Shown: one piece after another, positions 1 through 10,033 of the stretch | Layout: every line of letters begins with the position of its first letter | How positions within the stretch are numbered: the stretch's first letter is position 1 | IMG/VR virus record: IMGVR_UViG_3300029186_000001 | DNA length: 64,000 bases | Strand: one strand, 5' to 3' | Origin: a virus | Lineage: Duplodnaviria; Heunggongvirae; Uroviricota; Caudoviricetes | The notes under the pieces: generated by a model | The model's input: the letters and a program-made list of their open reading frames with translations, nothing else | Told to the model about the DNA's origin: nothing | Databases searched by the model: none | Made by a program: the position numbers and the translations under genes

Positions 1-208
1 TGGATTCACTATTTAATGTGTCTTCAGCGTTGTAGAGCGGCTCAGAAGGAAATGAGCAAACAGGGAAACCTTATACAACGGCATTACAGCTATGCATTGC
101 TCATCTTACACACAGCGCAATGTTGTTAGATTACCCCAGCATGGATCATGGGTGAAACAGTAGGTCAGAGCTTCAGGCTCTGTGTTGTCAATACAGTGAG
201 GCATAATT

Positions 209-418
209 ATGGCTTTCATTCCACCAACCATCGACGACGTTAGACATTGCTCTAACGCTTTATCTGTAGACCCCGCCGAAACCGACGCTGCCCGCGCCAT
301 TGCTGAACACTACTCAAAGATATCCAATCAGGAGTACCGCATCACCCAAGACGACCTGGATGATCTCACTGACACAATCGAATATCTCATGGCCACTAAC
401 CAGCCAGACTCACAATAA
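209..418 (+). CDS. Coi-like C1-repressor inactivator (69 aa)
   Basis: 69-aa ORF immediately upstream of and co-oriented with the 283-aa c1-like gene, GAGG RBS; assigned by size and synteny with P1 immC, not by recognised sequence. Confidence 0.5.
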   Translation: MAFIPPTIDDVRHCSNALSVDPAETDAARAIAEHYSKISNQEYRITQDDLDDLTDTIEYLMATNQPDSQ

Positions 419-434
419 ATGCACTAATAAATCT
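418..434 (+). promoter_or_regulatory. C1 operator-like 17-mer AATGCACTAATAAATCT
   Basis: 14/17 match to the P1 C1 operator consensus ATTGCTCTAATAAATTT as I recall it; overlaps the coi stop, upstream of c1. Confidence 0.4.
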
Positions 435-463
435 ATTATTTTCGTTGGATCCTTCTATAATGG

Positions 464-506
464 TGGCCAACAACTCCCAGTGTAATCCGCTGTGAGTTGT
501 TGGCCA
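464..506 (+). promoter_or_regulatory. 13-bp perfect inverted repeat between coi-like and c1-like genes
   Basis: TGGCCAACAACTC at 464-476 pairs with GAGTTGTTGGCCA at 494-506 around a 17-nt loop; no T-tract follows, so not a classical intrinsic terminator. Confidence 0.4.
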
Positions 507-528
507 TGTCAATTCTGGAGGAGGATCA

Positions 529-1380
529 ATGATAAATTATGTCTACGGCGAACAACTGTACCAGGAGTTCGTCAGCTTCAGGGATCTCTTTCTAAAAAAA
601 GCTGTTGCACGCGCCCAACACGTTGATGCCGCCAGCGACGGTCGTCCTGTTCGCCCGGTTGTCGTTCTGCCGTTCAAAGAAACGGACAGCATTCAGGCTG
701 AAATTGATAAATGGACTTTAATGGCGCGGGAACTGGAACAGTACCCAGACCTCAATATCCCAAAGACTATTTTATATCCAGTGCCTAACATCCTTCGCGG
801 TGTGCGTAAGGTTACTACTTATCAGACAGAAGCTGTGAACAGCGTCAACATGACCGCTGGCCGCATTATTCATCTGATTGATAAGGACATTCGCATCCAG
901 AAAAGCGCGGGGATCAATGAGCACAGTGCGAAATACATAGAGAACCTGGAAGCAACAAAAGAGCTAATGAAGCAGTACCCGGAGGATGAAAAATTCCGTA
1001 TGCGTGTACACGGCTTTAGCGAAACAATGCTGCGCGTCCATTACATTTCCAGTAGCCCTAACTACAATGATGGTAAATCAGTTAGTTACCATGTGCCGCT
1101 GTGTGGTGTGTTTATCTGCGATGAAACTCTCCGTGATGGAATCATCATCAACGGTGAATTCGAGAAAGCAAAATTTAGCCTTTATGACTCTATAGAACCG
1201 ATCATCTGCGACCGCTGGCCGCAGGCAAAAATATATCGCCTGGCAGATATTGAAAATGTAAAAAAACAAATTGCCATCACTCGCGAAGAGAAAAAGGTCA
1301 AATCAGCCGCATCAGTTACGCGCAGCCGTAAAACTAAGAAGGGGCAGCCAGTAAACAGCAACCCCGAAAGCGCGCAATAG
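529..1380 (+). CDS. c1: C1-like immunity repressor (283 aa)
   Basis: 283-aa ORF convergent with pacB, preceded by the coi-like ORF; many C1-operator-like 17-mers occur elsewhere in the window; size and synteny match P1 c1. Confidence 0.65.
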   Translation: MINYVYGEQLYQEFVSFRDLFLKKAVARAQHVDAASDGRPVRPVVVLPFKETDSIQAEIDKWTLMARELEQYPDLNIPKTILYPVPNILRGVRKVTTYQTEAVNSVNMTAGRIIHLIDKDIRIQKSAGINEHSAKYIENLEATKELMKQYPEDEKFRMRVHGFSETMLRVHYISSSPNYNDGKSVSYHVPLCGVFICDETLRDGIIINGEFEKAKFSLYDSIEPIICDRWPQAKIYRLADIENVKKQIAITREEKKVKSAASVTRSRKTKKGQPVNSNPESAQ

Positions 1381-1405
1381 TTTTCCATCCGGCATGGTCA
1401 AATTG

Positions 1406-2890
1406 TTATTCATTAAGCCATGCCAGAGCTTCATCAACCTGCGCTTCGTCTTCGACGCTAAGCACTTCATCTTGGGGAACATAGTTCGCCAACATAGCGA
1501 AACAATATGTATCCCAATGGTCCGGTGAGTGCAGGTTGAGTTTTTTCTTCATATCTTCCTTTGACATCACCTTCCATTGACCTGCGGAATTTATCCCTAC
1601 CGGTATCTTTGATGCTTCCTCTATAGTCGCAGCCCCCTTATCAAGCCTCATACGCCCTGATTTTACAGCTTCTGCCGCCTGAATATTCGCGAAAGCGCGC
1701 ATATCGAAATAAAGGCTTTTATCTTCACGGCTGTGCATCTTTTTACCCCAGCGGATACGCTGGACGGTAATGCCATAGCGTTCGTACATTAGATCAGCCG
1801 TCGATTTCCCCAAGCCATCGCCATCAATAGCTATGGTTATGTTCGGGAACCGTTCTGGGTTACATTCTGCGAAAATCTTGGCGGCTAACTGCGTTTCTGT
1901 AACGTCTGTGTATTCCAGCATACGATAGTTGATTACACGGCGTTTATTTCGCTGGCCGGACACCATCATGATATTAATAACGGACTTATCTCGTCCTGTG
2001 CCACCAGCAACGTCAACACATGCAACCCAGCCCCATCCTTTGGCAATCTTGACCTTTCGCCGCGTCGCCCGCTCAACCTCATCACGACCAAGAAGAAAGC
2101 CATCTTGAGATTTGGGAAATTCACCACGTACTTTGATCATGTACATGGGGTTATCACGACCGCCATACTCCGCAAGTTTTGCTCGTATAAATTTTGCATC
2201 TACAAGCGGAGATTCTTCACTATTCAGTATTATCGCAGTAAACAATCCATCAGGATTTCCCGGGCGAATAGCTAGTCTGTGGTGTGAATCGTAGAAATAG
2301 CCTGAAGGTCGCGTAGGCTGGGAAAGAAGCAGAATACGGTTATCCTTACCGGTCAGCGCACCTGTTATCACACTGAATGCTTTATCACTCACACCCGACG
2401 CTTCGTCGATGATATACAAGAGATGATCGGCGTGTTCACCAGCCAACGCCTCCTCATTTCCGGGGCGACAGGACTTTATCAATATTGTCCAAACACCCTT
2501 GCCAGTCACCTCAAAAAAAGACGTTTCTGTAAGAATGAAATACTTCGACAACCACGGGAATCTGCTAACAGCAGTAGCCCAATTGCTCTTTATGTATTTG
2601 AAAATACCATCAAGGACTTGCTGTCTTTTGTTAGCGACCAGAATGACGCGAGCGCCAGGGAAAAACATGATGAAGAGTATTGCAATGATACTCGTCATAT
2701 CCGATTTACCAGTACCATGGCCGGAGGTCACACTTGTCCAACTGCCGTCCTGCTGCGTGGACTCAATGATCTCATCCTGCTGCCAGGTTGGTGTCTTCCC
2801 AAACAACACATCAGCGGCCGCAATCCAGTCATAACGATATAGCGCCACCAGCTCGCGCCAACGTGGGTCCGTTACGCAACTTCTGGCCAT
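1406..2890 (-). CDS. pacB: Terminase large subunit PacB (494 aa)
   Basis: Walker A-like SGHGTGKS and Walker B-like LLYIIDEAS motifs; start overlaps stop of upstream pacA; size matches P1 PacB. Confidence 0.85.
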
Positions 2891-4083
2891 TAATCATCAT
2901 CCCCGTACAGTTTGCGGGTAACTTCTTCGTCTTCCTCCTCGTCTTCGTCCAGATCCTGTTCAAGCCATGCTTCGTTTGATATGCCTTCCGCATCGACATC
3001 ACCATAACCACCTGTATCGACGATATCGGCAATTTCTTCTCTACGATGCTCAATCCACAATGCCGCATCAGCGCGGCGGCTGGCGGCCCGTTCTCGCGCG
3101 ATTTTATCCAGATCTTCAAGTGATGGAGCGCCAGATGCTGTTTGGTTTTCCTCATCATCGGTATTGGTCTTAGGAGCACGCAGATCGGCTTTGATTTGCT
3201 CCAGCATCAGGGGCGGCACTTTTCCTCCATGCGCCTCGATGAATTCAGCCGCTTCCAGCACTGACCAGTTATTTTCACGCTTTCGTTCGTATGCCAGCTT
3301 AACAATGCCAGCTTGCCCCATAGATAAAGCGTGCTTTTCCGCCTCCCGGCTTTCTTTTCGATAGTTATTCCGGATGCTGTAAATGGTGTTGATCAGGCTG
3401 CTTATCTGCGCGGAACAGCTGTTTAGCATGCTCGCGATACGGTATTCAGGCGGAGTACCTTCATCATCGTCTTTTTGCTGATCGCGCATTTCCTGCACTA
3501 GGCGAATACACGTATCCCTGGCGTTCTCCAGCATAAGGAGATGCGAAAGAGACTTTTCCAGAAGAGTGGTTTCCAGAACATCGGCCCCGGACCGACGCAA
3601 CATAGCGCGCGCGGCCTTCCGCGCTTCAACGTTATCTATCAGGTAATCGCCAGCTTCGAATTCAAAGCGTTCACCATCATCATCCAGGGTGTCGCGTTCC
3701 AGGCGATCACGCAAGGTCCGGTGGGCGCGGGTGATCACGTCATGATCATCTGAACGATCATTTATGCGCTTATTTTGGCGCTTCGCATTCTCGACTGCGG
3801 CACTGACAACGGCATTAACTCTTTGTTTTTCCGCTATTTCAGCCGAAATGTGATCACCTGCATGTTGATCATTAGAGTGATCAATGATCATGCTTTTTAG
3901 TGGCTTCCTGACTGGCTTATTTGGCTTGCGGCTGTCCGTAGTCCTGGTGTCTTCTTTGAAGGCACGGAGATAACGACGTGCGGTATTAGGGTTAAGATTA
4001 AACTCGGCGGCATACTGTGCGATGGTGTAACCACCATCTCGCGCCAGGCGAGCAAAATTCTTCTTGTGATCGTCCCAGGTCAC
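2890..4083 (-). CDS. pacA: Terminase small / pac-recognition subunit PacA (397 aa, GTG start)
   Basis: Directly upstream of pacB; contains the hexamer-repeat pac site in its coding sequence; acidic C-terminus; size matches P1 PacA. Confidence 0.8.
3732..3890. other. pac packaging site: seven TGATCA/CGATCA hexamers in a 3+4 arrangement
   Basis: Hexamers at 3732, 3743, 3755 and 3851, 3866, 3878, 3885, each containing a Dam GATC, ~160 bp span inside pacA; matches the described P1 pac architecture. Confidence 0.7.
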
Positions 4084-4168
4084 TTATGCTTCCTTTCGTA
4101 AAAACTCTTTTTGACGCGAGGGTAACGAAAGTCACATGTCAAAAGGCCCGGAACGGGCAAGCAATCAA

Positions 4169-4621
4169 TCAGATACGTGCGGATGTGGCATTACCGTAAT
4201 GACGGTGCTGACGGGCCACCTTATTGAAAAGTTGACGCGCCATTACCCAAGGCTGGTGCTCCCGGCGTTCCTTTTCGTCCTGCGTCATATAGAGTTCGTT
4301 CTGGAGTTTTTCATCAAACCGGCGCGGAGCGCGGCTACGGCGAAAGAATTCAGGATTCAGAGAGTGGATCTGAAATCTACGTGGGCGTGTACTGTCATCT
4401 ATCAAAACAGACGAATACTTAGACACAGCGATAGCCTTTAAGCGCAGATAAACATCGCGCTTATCGACATCCAGATGCGGGTATTCCTTTTCAAGAATTG
4501 CTGCGAGTTCTTTCGCTGATAGAAGAGATTTAGTGCGGATCATGTAATCCGCAATCTCGTACGATGTTATTCGTGAGTGATTTATTTCCATGAAGTGGCG
4601 TCCCTGCCAGTTAAGTAACAT
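4169..4621 (-). CDS. Lpa-like late promoter activator candidate (150 aa)
   Basis: Position immediately upstream of pacA with a C1-operator-like site ~70 nt upstream; assigned by synteny and size only. Confidence 0.45.
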   Translation of the reverse strand: MLLNWQGRHFMEINHSRITSYEIADYMIRTKSLLSAKELAAILEKEYPHLDVDKRDVYLRLKAIAVSKYSSVLIDDSTRPRRFQIHSLNPEFFRRSRAPRRFDEKLQNELYMTQDEKERREHQPWVMARQLFNKVARQHRHYGNATSARI

Positions 4622-4691
4622 CCTGTCACCTACTGATTAGCCCATGTCAACTAATCAACGTGGAATATAATACCCTCGATTAAAGAAATAG

Positions 4692-4708
4692 CAATACATT
4701 AGAGCAAT
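4692..4708 (-). promoter_or_regulatory. C1 operator-like site (core ATTGCTCTAAT on minus strand)
   Basis: 11-nt core of the C1 operator consensus plus partial flank, located upstream of the lpa-like gene. Confidence 0.4.
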
Positions 4709-4709
4709 T

Positions 4710-5753
4710 TTATCTAACACTCGACGAATGACTTGTGATAACGCCCACTCCAAGCGCGTAATCAAAGAACAATCGTTGATGCATCGCCAACCTACCGTGC
4801 GTCTTCTCCCAATTATCGCGGTCACGCTCAATATCACGCTGGCATGACTGGCACAGAGGAATTGCGTAAATGTCATGCGCGCATAATCGACTATGACGAA
4901 CGATATAAGGCGTAATGTGAGCGCCAGCTCCCGCAGCTCCACACCCACAGCATGGACGGGAAGCAACAAAGTCCATGTACTCAGGTAATTTTAGCGATTG
5001 CAGTTTTGGTATTTTGAAATGCGCCATGCCAGGGTCGGAGTCAACATCCACAGGGCATACTTTTGCACGCATCGGCGCGGCGCGTTCTTCCATCATCTGA
5101 ACATATGCTGTAGCGCGATCGTCATACGGGCGAATATCCGCCTCTTTCAGAGGTCCGCTATCCTGCGGAGTAGCCTTCATCTTATTTATTGATATGCGGC
5201 AGACTTCTTCCGGCATCAGGTGCATCATGTTGCGCATGAAAGCCCACCAGCACAGCTCCTGAATACTTAAATCATGGCTATTTGAAAGGCCCATTTCCTG
5301 ACGGGCGACATCCAGTATCCAGTTAACGCGATTATTGTGCAGCGTTTCTTTCAGCTCATTAAAACCACGCATCCGGTAATGGTTATCGTGATGCCAGCAC
5401 AACAACACCGCGCTATTGTCTCGTTCAGCGTGGACAATATGGTTGTCACACCAACTACGATCTGCGGCCTGGCATTGACCCTCTTTCCTACGCAACCACG
5501 CCACCAGCGCGTCAATTCCACCAATACGGCGAAACAGTTCATCGCTGTTAAAAAACGGCTGCAACGCCTCATTTGTTGCCATGGTTTGCTCGGTAACAAC
5601 GAGGCCGTCTTCCATGTGCTCGATTAACTCACGCGGCACCGGCTCCATAATAAATTTACGGCCAGCCTCCACCAGCTTTCTGACCTCCTGATCCACTTTG
5701 AACGTGGCGAGGCCAAGCTCTTTCTGTACAAAGGGAGTAATTACGGCTTTCAC
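4710..5753 (-). CDS. Cys-rich PdcB-like protein (347 aa), function unknown
   Basis: Long ORF with C-terminal cysteine clusters (CCGCG, CQSCQ); position downstream of doc matches the P1 post-doc region. Confidence 0.5.
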   Translation of the reverse strand: MKAVITPFVQKELGLATFKVDQEVRKLVEAGRKFIMEPVPRELIEHMEDGLVVTEQTMATNEALQPFFNSDELFRRIGGIDALVAWLRRKEGQCQAADRSWCDNHIVHAERDNSAVLLCWHHDNHYRMRGFNELKETLHNNRVNWILDVARQEMGLSNSHDLSIQELCWWAFMRNMMHLMPEEVCRISINKMKATPQDSGPLKEADIRPYDDRATAYVQMMEERAAPMRAKVCPVDVDSDPGMAHFKIPKLQSLKLPEYMDFVASRPCCGCGAAGAGAHITPYIVRHSRLCAHDIYAIPLCQSCQRDIERDRDNWEKTHGRLAMHQRLFFDYALGVGVITSHSSSVR

Positions 5754-5780
5754 ATCACACCTTTAATCACTGATTGGGCT

Positions 5781-5981
5781 TTATCTGCTGCCCGGCATTC
5801 TCTGTTTAAGCACAACCATTTCCTGACGGCATAACACAGCAATAGCGGTCCTGACTCCAATTTGCTTACCAACCAGGTATTGCTTTACCTCGCGGCGACT
5901 CACGCCATCAAGAAGCATCTTTAACGCTTCACGGGACAACTTGTTGTATTTACGTGCCATTAATCTACTCCGCAGAACCAT
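5781..5981 (-). CDS. Small basic protein (66 aa)
   Basis: ORF between doc and the 347-aa gene on the same strand. Confidence 0.4.
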   Translation of the reverse strand: MVLRSRLMARKYNKLSREALKMLLDGVSRREVKQYLVGKQIGVRTAIAVLCRQEMVVLKQRMPGSR

Positions 5982-6345
5982 ACAATCTACGTAACGTGTC
6001 GGCGACAGAAGATACAGATATCTCGCCAGTCGCAGCCCCTACAGTAAGGTCTGCCAGTTCAGGTGAATCAAATACCTGCACCCCGTTACGGCGTAGAAAT
6101 AGCAGCGCACTGTTTAGCGCGGTACGCTTATTGGCATCATTGAATATATGCCCTCTCGCTGTAGCCACCAGGTAGGTGGCGGAGACTTCGAAAAGGTCGG
6201 TGATCTCTTCGTAGGCAACTCTGGCCTGAACTCTCCCGATAATGGCCTCTGCCCTACCCGGATCTGACATTCCCGGCAGGCCGCCGTAGCGGTTTATATT
6301 CGCATCATGAAGCGCAATAAGTTCTTCAGGTGATATATGCCTCAT
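5965..6345 (-). CDS. doc: Doc toxin (death on curing), Fic/Doc family (126 aa)
   Basis: Sequence [17 protein letters not shown]...[19 protein letters not shown] essentially matches P1 Doc as I recall it; start overlaps phd stop. Confidence 0.95.
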   Translation of the reverse strand: MRHISPEELIALHDANINRYGGLPGMSDPGRAEAIIGRVQARVAYEEITDLFEVSATYLVATARGHIFNDANKRTALNSALLFLRRNGVQVFDSPELADLTVGAATGEISVSSVADTLRRLYGSAE

Positions 6346-6566
6346 TATCGGTTAACCAGTTCCTTGTTGGTGGAGTCCAGGGTGTCAAACAGGGATGCAA
6401 ATTCAGCATCCAGCGCCGCTTTTTTGTAGGCTTCGAAAGTAGCCTTGCTGACAATTACTGCTGGCTCACGGCCTCTGCGGGTGATTTCAACCTCTTCCCC
6501 GGCTTCAACATTGTTGAGCACTTCAGAAAGGTTGCCACGCGCGGTACGGAAGTTAATGGATTGCAT
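6345..6566 (-). CDS. phd: Phd antitoxin (73 aa from ATG at 6566)
   Basis: [49 protein letters not shown] matches P1 Phd; GAGGTG RBS before the ATG; the listed ORF extends 2 codons upstream from a GTG. Confidence 0.95.
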   Translation of the reverse strand: MQSINFRTARGNLSEVLNNVEAGEEVEITRRGREPAVIVSKATFEAYKKAALDAEFASLFDTLDSTNKELVNR

Positions 6567-6575
6567 AAACACCTC

Positions 6576-6596
6576 GTGTACTCGTTATGTGTACAC
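6576..6596 (-). promoter_or_regulatory. phd-doc operator-like palindromes (GTGTAC ... GTGTACAC)
   Basis: Paired palindromic half-sites just upstream of the phd start, consistent with the Phd/Doc autoregulated operator. Confidence 0.5.
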
Positions 6597-6638
6597 AATT
6601 ATAAACTTCACAGGCATAAAGCACCAGCACTTTGCAGC

Positions 6639-7028
6639 TTAAATAACCGGACAATCATCAAATTCCCCACTTCGGGCATCATTGATGACATGAGTGATCA
6701 CACCAAAAACAGCATTACTGCCCGTGTATCCATCGTCATCTACTGGTAACGCCTCTTTCTTCCCGGTGCTTAAGTCCTCCAGGTGCTGGCGCGGATACTT
6801 CCTGTATCTCTTTATGCGATATTCACCCTCCATAGCGCACACAAGCAGAGAACCATCAACCGGAGTAAGCGAGGAATCAACCACCAGCAAAGCACCCTGC
6901 AATATTCCCTCACGGTGATGGCTATCAGCTGCCCGCATGAAGTAGGTCGCTGAAGGATGTCTAATTATCTGCTGATCAAGAGAAATTCGGCTTTCAACAT
7001 AATCCGCCGCAGGAGAAGGGAAGCCCAT
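6639..7028 (-). CDS. humD: HumD, UmuD-prime-like S24 peptidase-family protein (129 aa)
   Basis: UmuD/LexA C-terminal domain-like sequence; LexA box directly upstream. Confidence 0.85.
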   Translation of the reverse strand: MGFPSPAADYVESRISLDQQIIRHPSATYFMRAADSHHREGILQGALLVVDSSLTPVDGSLLVCAMEGEYRIKRYRKYPRQHLEDLSTGKKEALPVDDDGYTGSNAVFGVITHVINDARSGEFDDCPVI

Positions 7029-7046
7029 AGCGTTTTACCTCAATGA

Positions 7047-7066
7047 TACTGTTTATTCATACAGTA
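7047..7066. promoter_or_regulatory. LexA (SOS) box TACTGTTTATTCATACAGTA
   Basis: CTGT-N8-ACAG consensus, located ~20 nt upstream of the humD start. Confidence 0.8.
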
Positions 7067-7151
7067 TACATTGAAAAGGCATAGTTTGTGAAAGCGGGGT
7101 TTGTAGGCGCGCCACGCTGGGGGCTAATCACATTTCTCCCCCATCTTGCCG

Positions 7152-7403
7152 TTATTTTTTTGGTGCATCCTCGTTCTGATACACCGGATCGCTCCCTTTT
7201 GGCAACTGGAGGCTTAACTGCCGGTAGTGCCGTAGCCGTTCCATGAAATAGGCGCGCAGGTTTTCCGGTTGCTCACGGGCCACCTGCTCTGCAATCACAG
7301 GTATATTCAGCCGTTCTTTGTAAGCAACGCCGCTGGCGGCAAGGTCTACGTTCACCTTGTCTCGCTCTTCCTGGCTTTTAGCTGCTATATTTCGATCTGA
7401 CAC
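7152..7403 (-). CDS. hot: Hot, homolog of DNA polymerase III theta subunit HolE (83 aa)
   Basis: [39 protein letters not shown] aligns with E. coli HolE ([39 protein letters not shown]). Confidence 0.85.
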   Translation of the reverse strand: MSDRNIAAKSQEERDKVNVDLAASGVAYKERLNIPVIAEQVAREQPENLRAYFMERLRHYRQLSLQLPKGSDPVYQNEDAPKK

Positions 7404-7435
7404 AAGAAACCTCCAGGAGTTAGTGGATCAGGCAC

Positions 7436-7786
7436 ATGCACAATAACGTTCTCAATGTTAGCCGTTCAATTCAGACAATCAGAGACTGCACCAGTGTGGT
7501 GGCATCAATCCCATTGCGAAACAGCATAGACGAACTGCAAATTCGTGTATTGAATCCGAATCAGGCTAATAAGCAATTGCGCTTTATTTTGACGCTGAAA
7601 AGTGAAACAGAGGGGATAAAGCACAGCGTAAAAGTGTTTTCTGAGGCCATTCTGCTTAATGGGAAGCTCCGGCATCTGGTAAGGCCAGAACGTCAATATC
7701 CTGACGTCCTGGCGCGTGAAAAAGACCTTCTTTCTGAAGTTCAGGATAGGGTGATCGATTTCGTCAAATGCTATCCCCTGCATTGA
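7436..7786 (+). CDS. Hypothetical protein (116 aa), doubtful
   Basis: Only plus-strand ORF in a minus-strand block; weak RBS; mutually exclusive with a 92-aa antisense ORF. Confidence 0.2.
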   Translation: MHNNVLNVSRSIQTIRDCTSVVASIPLRNSIDELQIRVLNPNQANKQLRFILTLKSETEGIKHSVKVFSEAILLNGKLRHLVRPERQYPDVLAREKDLLSEVQDRVIDFVKCYPLH

Positions 7787-8628
7787 GGGCAGGTGTTCCC
7801 TTCCGCAAAGTAGGGAAAATTGCTATCAAGTTCATCACACCATCTGCGATGGTCGTAGCACCAAAAAGCCTCCCACGGTAAACCAAAAGACTTCATCCAC
7901 TGGGACACTCGATCTGGTATATCTGCTGGTGGCAGTTCTTCTGGCAATAATTTGCCTGATAATTCCCTTTCCGCCCGCGACAGCATTTTTTTGAGGCTCG
8001 CGTTCTCTTTTTCAGCCACCAGCGGCAATAAAGCCCTGGCCATCTTATGAACCAATAGTGCATCAATAATGCCAAGCGTATGCCCCGGCTTAATGTTTAA
8101 TGCCGCCTCAAGGTGACACCTTTCCAAGTCACTTTTCTCGGCTTGTTTATGATGATCTGGTGTAATAACGTCGCCCAAAACACGGCTAATTCTTTCTCGT
8201 AATTGCTGGGTGCCAGCACACTTGATCGCTGTATCGTGGAGACGGTTAACCAGTTCGCGATAAACATGCGGCTTAATGCGGATACGTTCACCGGTGACGC
8301 CCTTTCCTGGCGCTGGCACCGAACTATCCGGAATATCCGGATAGTTGCCAGCCTCGTAAGCTACCCACAGCCAGTGCATGAATGTTTCAGTGGACACACA
8401 ACCACAGTCCACATCGATTTTTCCGCGTTGCTGTCCCAGCCAATGCTCAAAATTCAATCTACACGTATTACTTTCATGTTGCTCTTTTTGTCTCAAGGCC
8501 AGCATCTGCTGGGCTATTTCCAATACTTCATCTGCCGTATATCCAGCACCGTGACCATACATTTCGATACGGGAAATAATCTCTGATATGCGCTCTTCAG
8601 TGATTCTGGTCATTTCTTTTTGCGCCAT
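7771..8628 (-). CDS. Hypothetical protein (285 aa) with C-terminal Cys cluster
   Basis: ORF with C-terminal CYDHRRWCD...CPQC; shares the GNYP-IPD motif with the 412-aa protein. Confidence 0.6.
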   Translation of the reverse strand: MAQKEMTRITEERISEIISRIEMYGHGAGYTADEVLEIAQQMLALRQKEQHESNTCRLNFEHWLGQQRGKIDVDCGCVSTETFMHWLWVAYEAGNYPDIPDSSVPAPGKGVTGERIRIKPHVYRELVNRLHDTAIKCAGTQQLRERISRVLGDVITPDHHKQAEKSDLERCHLEAALNIKPGHTLGIIDALLVHKMARALLPLVAEKENASLKKMLSRAERELSGKLLPEELPPADIPDRVSQWMKSFGLPWEAFWCYDHRRWCDELDSNFPYFAEGNTCPQCRG

Positions 8629-8984
8629 TTCTTTTCACATTCCTTAGTCCATTCTTCAATGTTCATTTTGGCAATATCAGTCATTCCATCACCTAAGAAA
8701 TACTTTTTCCGGTATGTCTTGCACTTAAACCACACTACAACAGCCACCAGCCAGAAAATAAAAGGCCATACAGCAATACCAACGACAGCCGCGATAAAGC
8801 CCAATAGCCATAAATGAAGCTCTCCAACTTCTGTTTCCGGCAATATTCTTAAAGAATTAAACAGCAGGATGAACGAATGGTCGTATGCATTGGCAGTACA
8901 AGACATGCAATCCATATAATTAAAGTCATAGCCTGCGGCTGCCGCCCATAATGGGCGGTCAAGAAAATGTTTTAGTGTCATCAT
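8610..8984 (-). CDS. Small membrane protein (124 aa, two predicted TM helices, Lys-rich tail)
   Basis: Hydrophobic stretches LWLLGFIAAVVGIAVWPFIFWLVAVVVWF; AT-rich coding region. Confidence 0.5.
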   Translation of the reverse strand: MMTLKHFLDRPLWAAAAGYDFNYMDCMSCTANAYDHSFILLFNSLRILPETEVGELHLWLLGFIAAVVGIAVWPFIFWLVAVVVWFKCKTYRKKYFLGDGMTDIAKMNIEEWTKECEKKWRKKK

Positions 8985-8990
8985 ATAAAT

Positions 8991-9284
8991 TTAAGGTTCA
9001 GACCAGTTATCTTCAATAGCAATGCTTAATCTTTGTAGCCATTCTGCTAATTTCAGCATTGCTTCTCTTTCGCTTAAACCACGAGGAAAATCATCAAGCG
9101 AAATTGTTGGCTTGAATCCCCCGCAATTATCCATTTCAACTGTCAGATTTTGTTCCAGCACGGTATTTCTTACGCGGCTATTGTGCCGGAGCAAATATAC
9201 TGAGCGTGATTTATTGGTTTTGTGGTCTAGCTTATATTCGGTAAGTATCATCTGGCTTTTGCCATGATTATTACCTCTCCACAT
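8991..9284 (-). CDS. Hypothetical protein (97 aa from internal ATG)
   Basis: ATG at 9284 preceded by GAGGTAAG RBS immediately after the stop of the 40-aa peptide ORF; the listed 129-aa ORF starts at an upstream TTG overlapping that peptide. Confidence 0.45.
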   Translation of the reverse strand: MWRGNNHGKSQMILTEYKLDHKTNKSRSVYLLRHNSRVRNTVLEQNLTVEMDNCGGFKPTISLDDFPRGLSEREAMLKLAEWLQRLSIAIEDNWSEP

Positions 9285-9291
9285 ACTTACC

Positions 9292-9414
9292 TCACTTAAT
9301 AAAACAACTCCATGCGTAGTTGATGATTTTTTCCCACGTAATATAAATCTGCACTCCGGCAGTAAAACCAAAGCCAACAATTGCTGAAAAAATCAAAACA
9401 TTTACTTTTGACAT
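9292..9414 (-). CDS. Small hydrophobic peptide (40 aa, one predicted TM helix)
   Basis: ORF MSKVNVLIFSAIVGFGFTAGVQIYITWEKIINYAWSCFIK, absent from the ORF track because under 60 aa; stop lies 7 nt before the next ATG. Confidence 0.35.
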   Translation of the reverse strand: MSKVNVLIFSAIVGFGFTAGVQIYITWEKIINYAWSCFIK

Positions 9415-9462
9415 TATAAATTTTCTCTCGGTGTCGTAGGTGATAGCACCATAATTGATAAT

Positions 9463-9696
9463 TTAGTGAGTTAGCAGTTCCATTTTTTTGATGATTTCCG
9501 CATGAGCATCATCGTTATCAACACTTAGCTCGTTTAATGCTTCTCGCACTACATCAACTTCTTCAGGCTGAAAGAAGTCGTCGCGGTAATCACCAAATAG
9601 AACCGAAACCAGCCTGCCACCAGCAACATCAAGATTGGCGCTAACAGGTGGCTCTTTGCCATCCTCAAATTCGACTACAAAAGTTAATTTTCCCAT
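9463..9696 (-). CDS. Small acidic protein (77 aa)
   Basis: ORF with GGGGGT RBS, tightly packed in the minus-strand operon. Confidence 0.5.
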   Translation of the reverse strand: MGKLTFVVEFEDGKEPPVSANLDVAGGRLVSVLFGDYRDDFFQPEEVDVVREALNELSVDNDDAHAEIIKKMELLTH

Positions 9697-9772
9697 CGTT
9701 ACCCCCAGAAGATAAAAATAGCGGCAATCGCCATAGCTACGCCTACAATCGCAAATGCTTCAGGCCAGCTTA

Positions 9773-10033
9773 TTACCTCACCTCCAGTCTCCATACCGCC
9801 TGACCAATCCGGCTGGCATGGGTATCTTTGGATACTGTTCCATCTTTAGCCATCTCCATAAGAATTTTGCGCAAATCTGCCGAACGCCATTCTTCATCAG
9901 GAAATTCCTTCTCCATTGCCAACCGCAGATTCCAGGTTGCCATCCTGAATGGATATTTCCCGCCGAGAGCTTTATCTTGCAGGGCAGCCCGGGAACGCAT
10001 CACCTGCAAAACCTTCTCTTTTACATCCATCAT
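9773..10033 (-). CDS. Hypothetical protein (86 aa)
   Basis: ORF whose start overlaps the stop of the upstream 412-aa gene. Confidence 0.5.
   Translation of the reverse strand: MMDVKEKVLQVMRSRAALQDKALGGKYPFRMATWNLRLAMEKEFPDEEWRSADLRKILMEMAKDGTVSKDTHASRIGQAVWRLEVR

Noticed and set aside
106-300. 64-aa minus-strand ORF at the window start
   Set aside because: It overlaps the coi-like gene on the opposite strand and has no RBS.
2112-2842. Plus-strand ORFs (60-139 aa) inside pacB
   Set aside because: They are antisense to a motif-supported terminase gene.
9285-9380. N-terminal 32-codon TTG-initiated extension of the listed 129-aa ORF
   Set aside because: It overlaps the 40-aa peptide ORF in another frame, whereas the internal ATG at 9284 has a good RBS.
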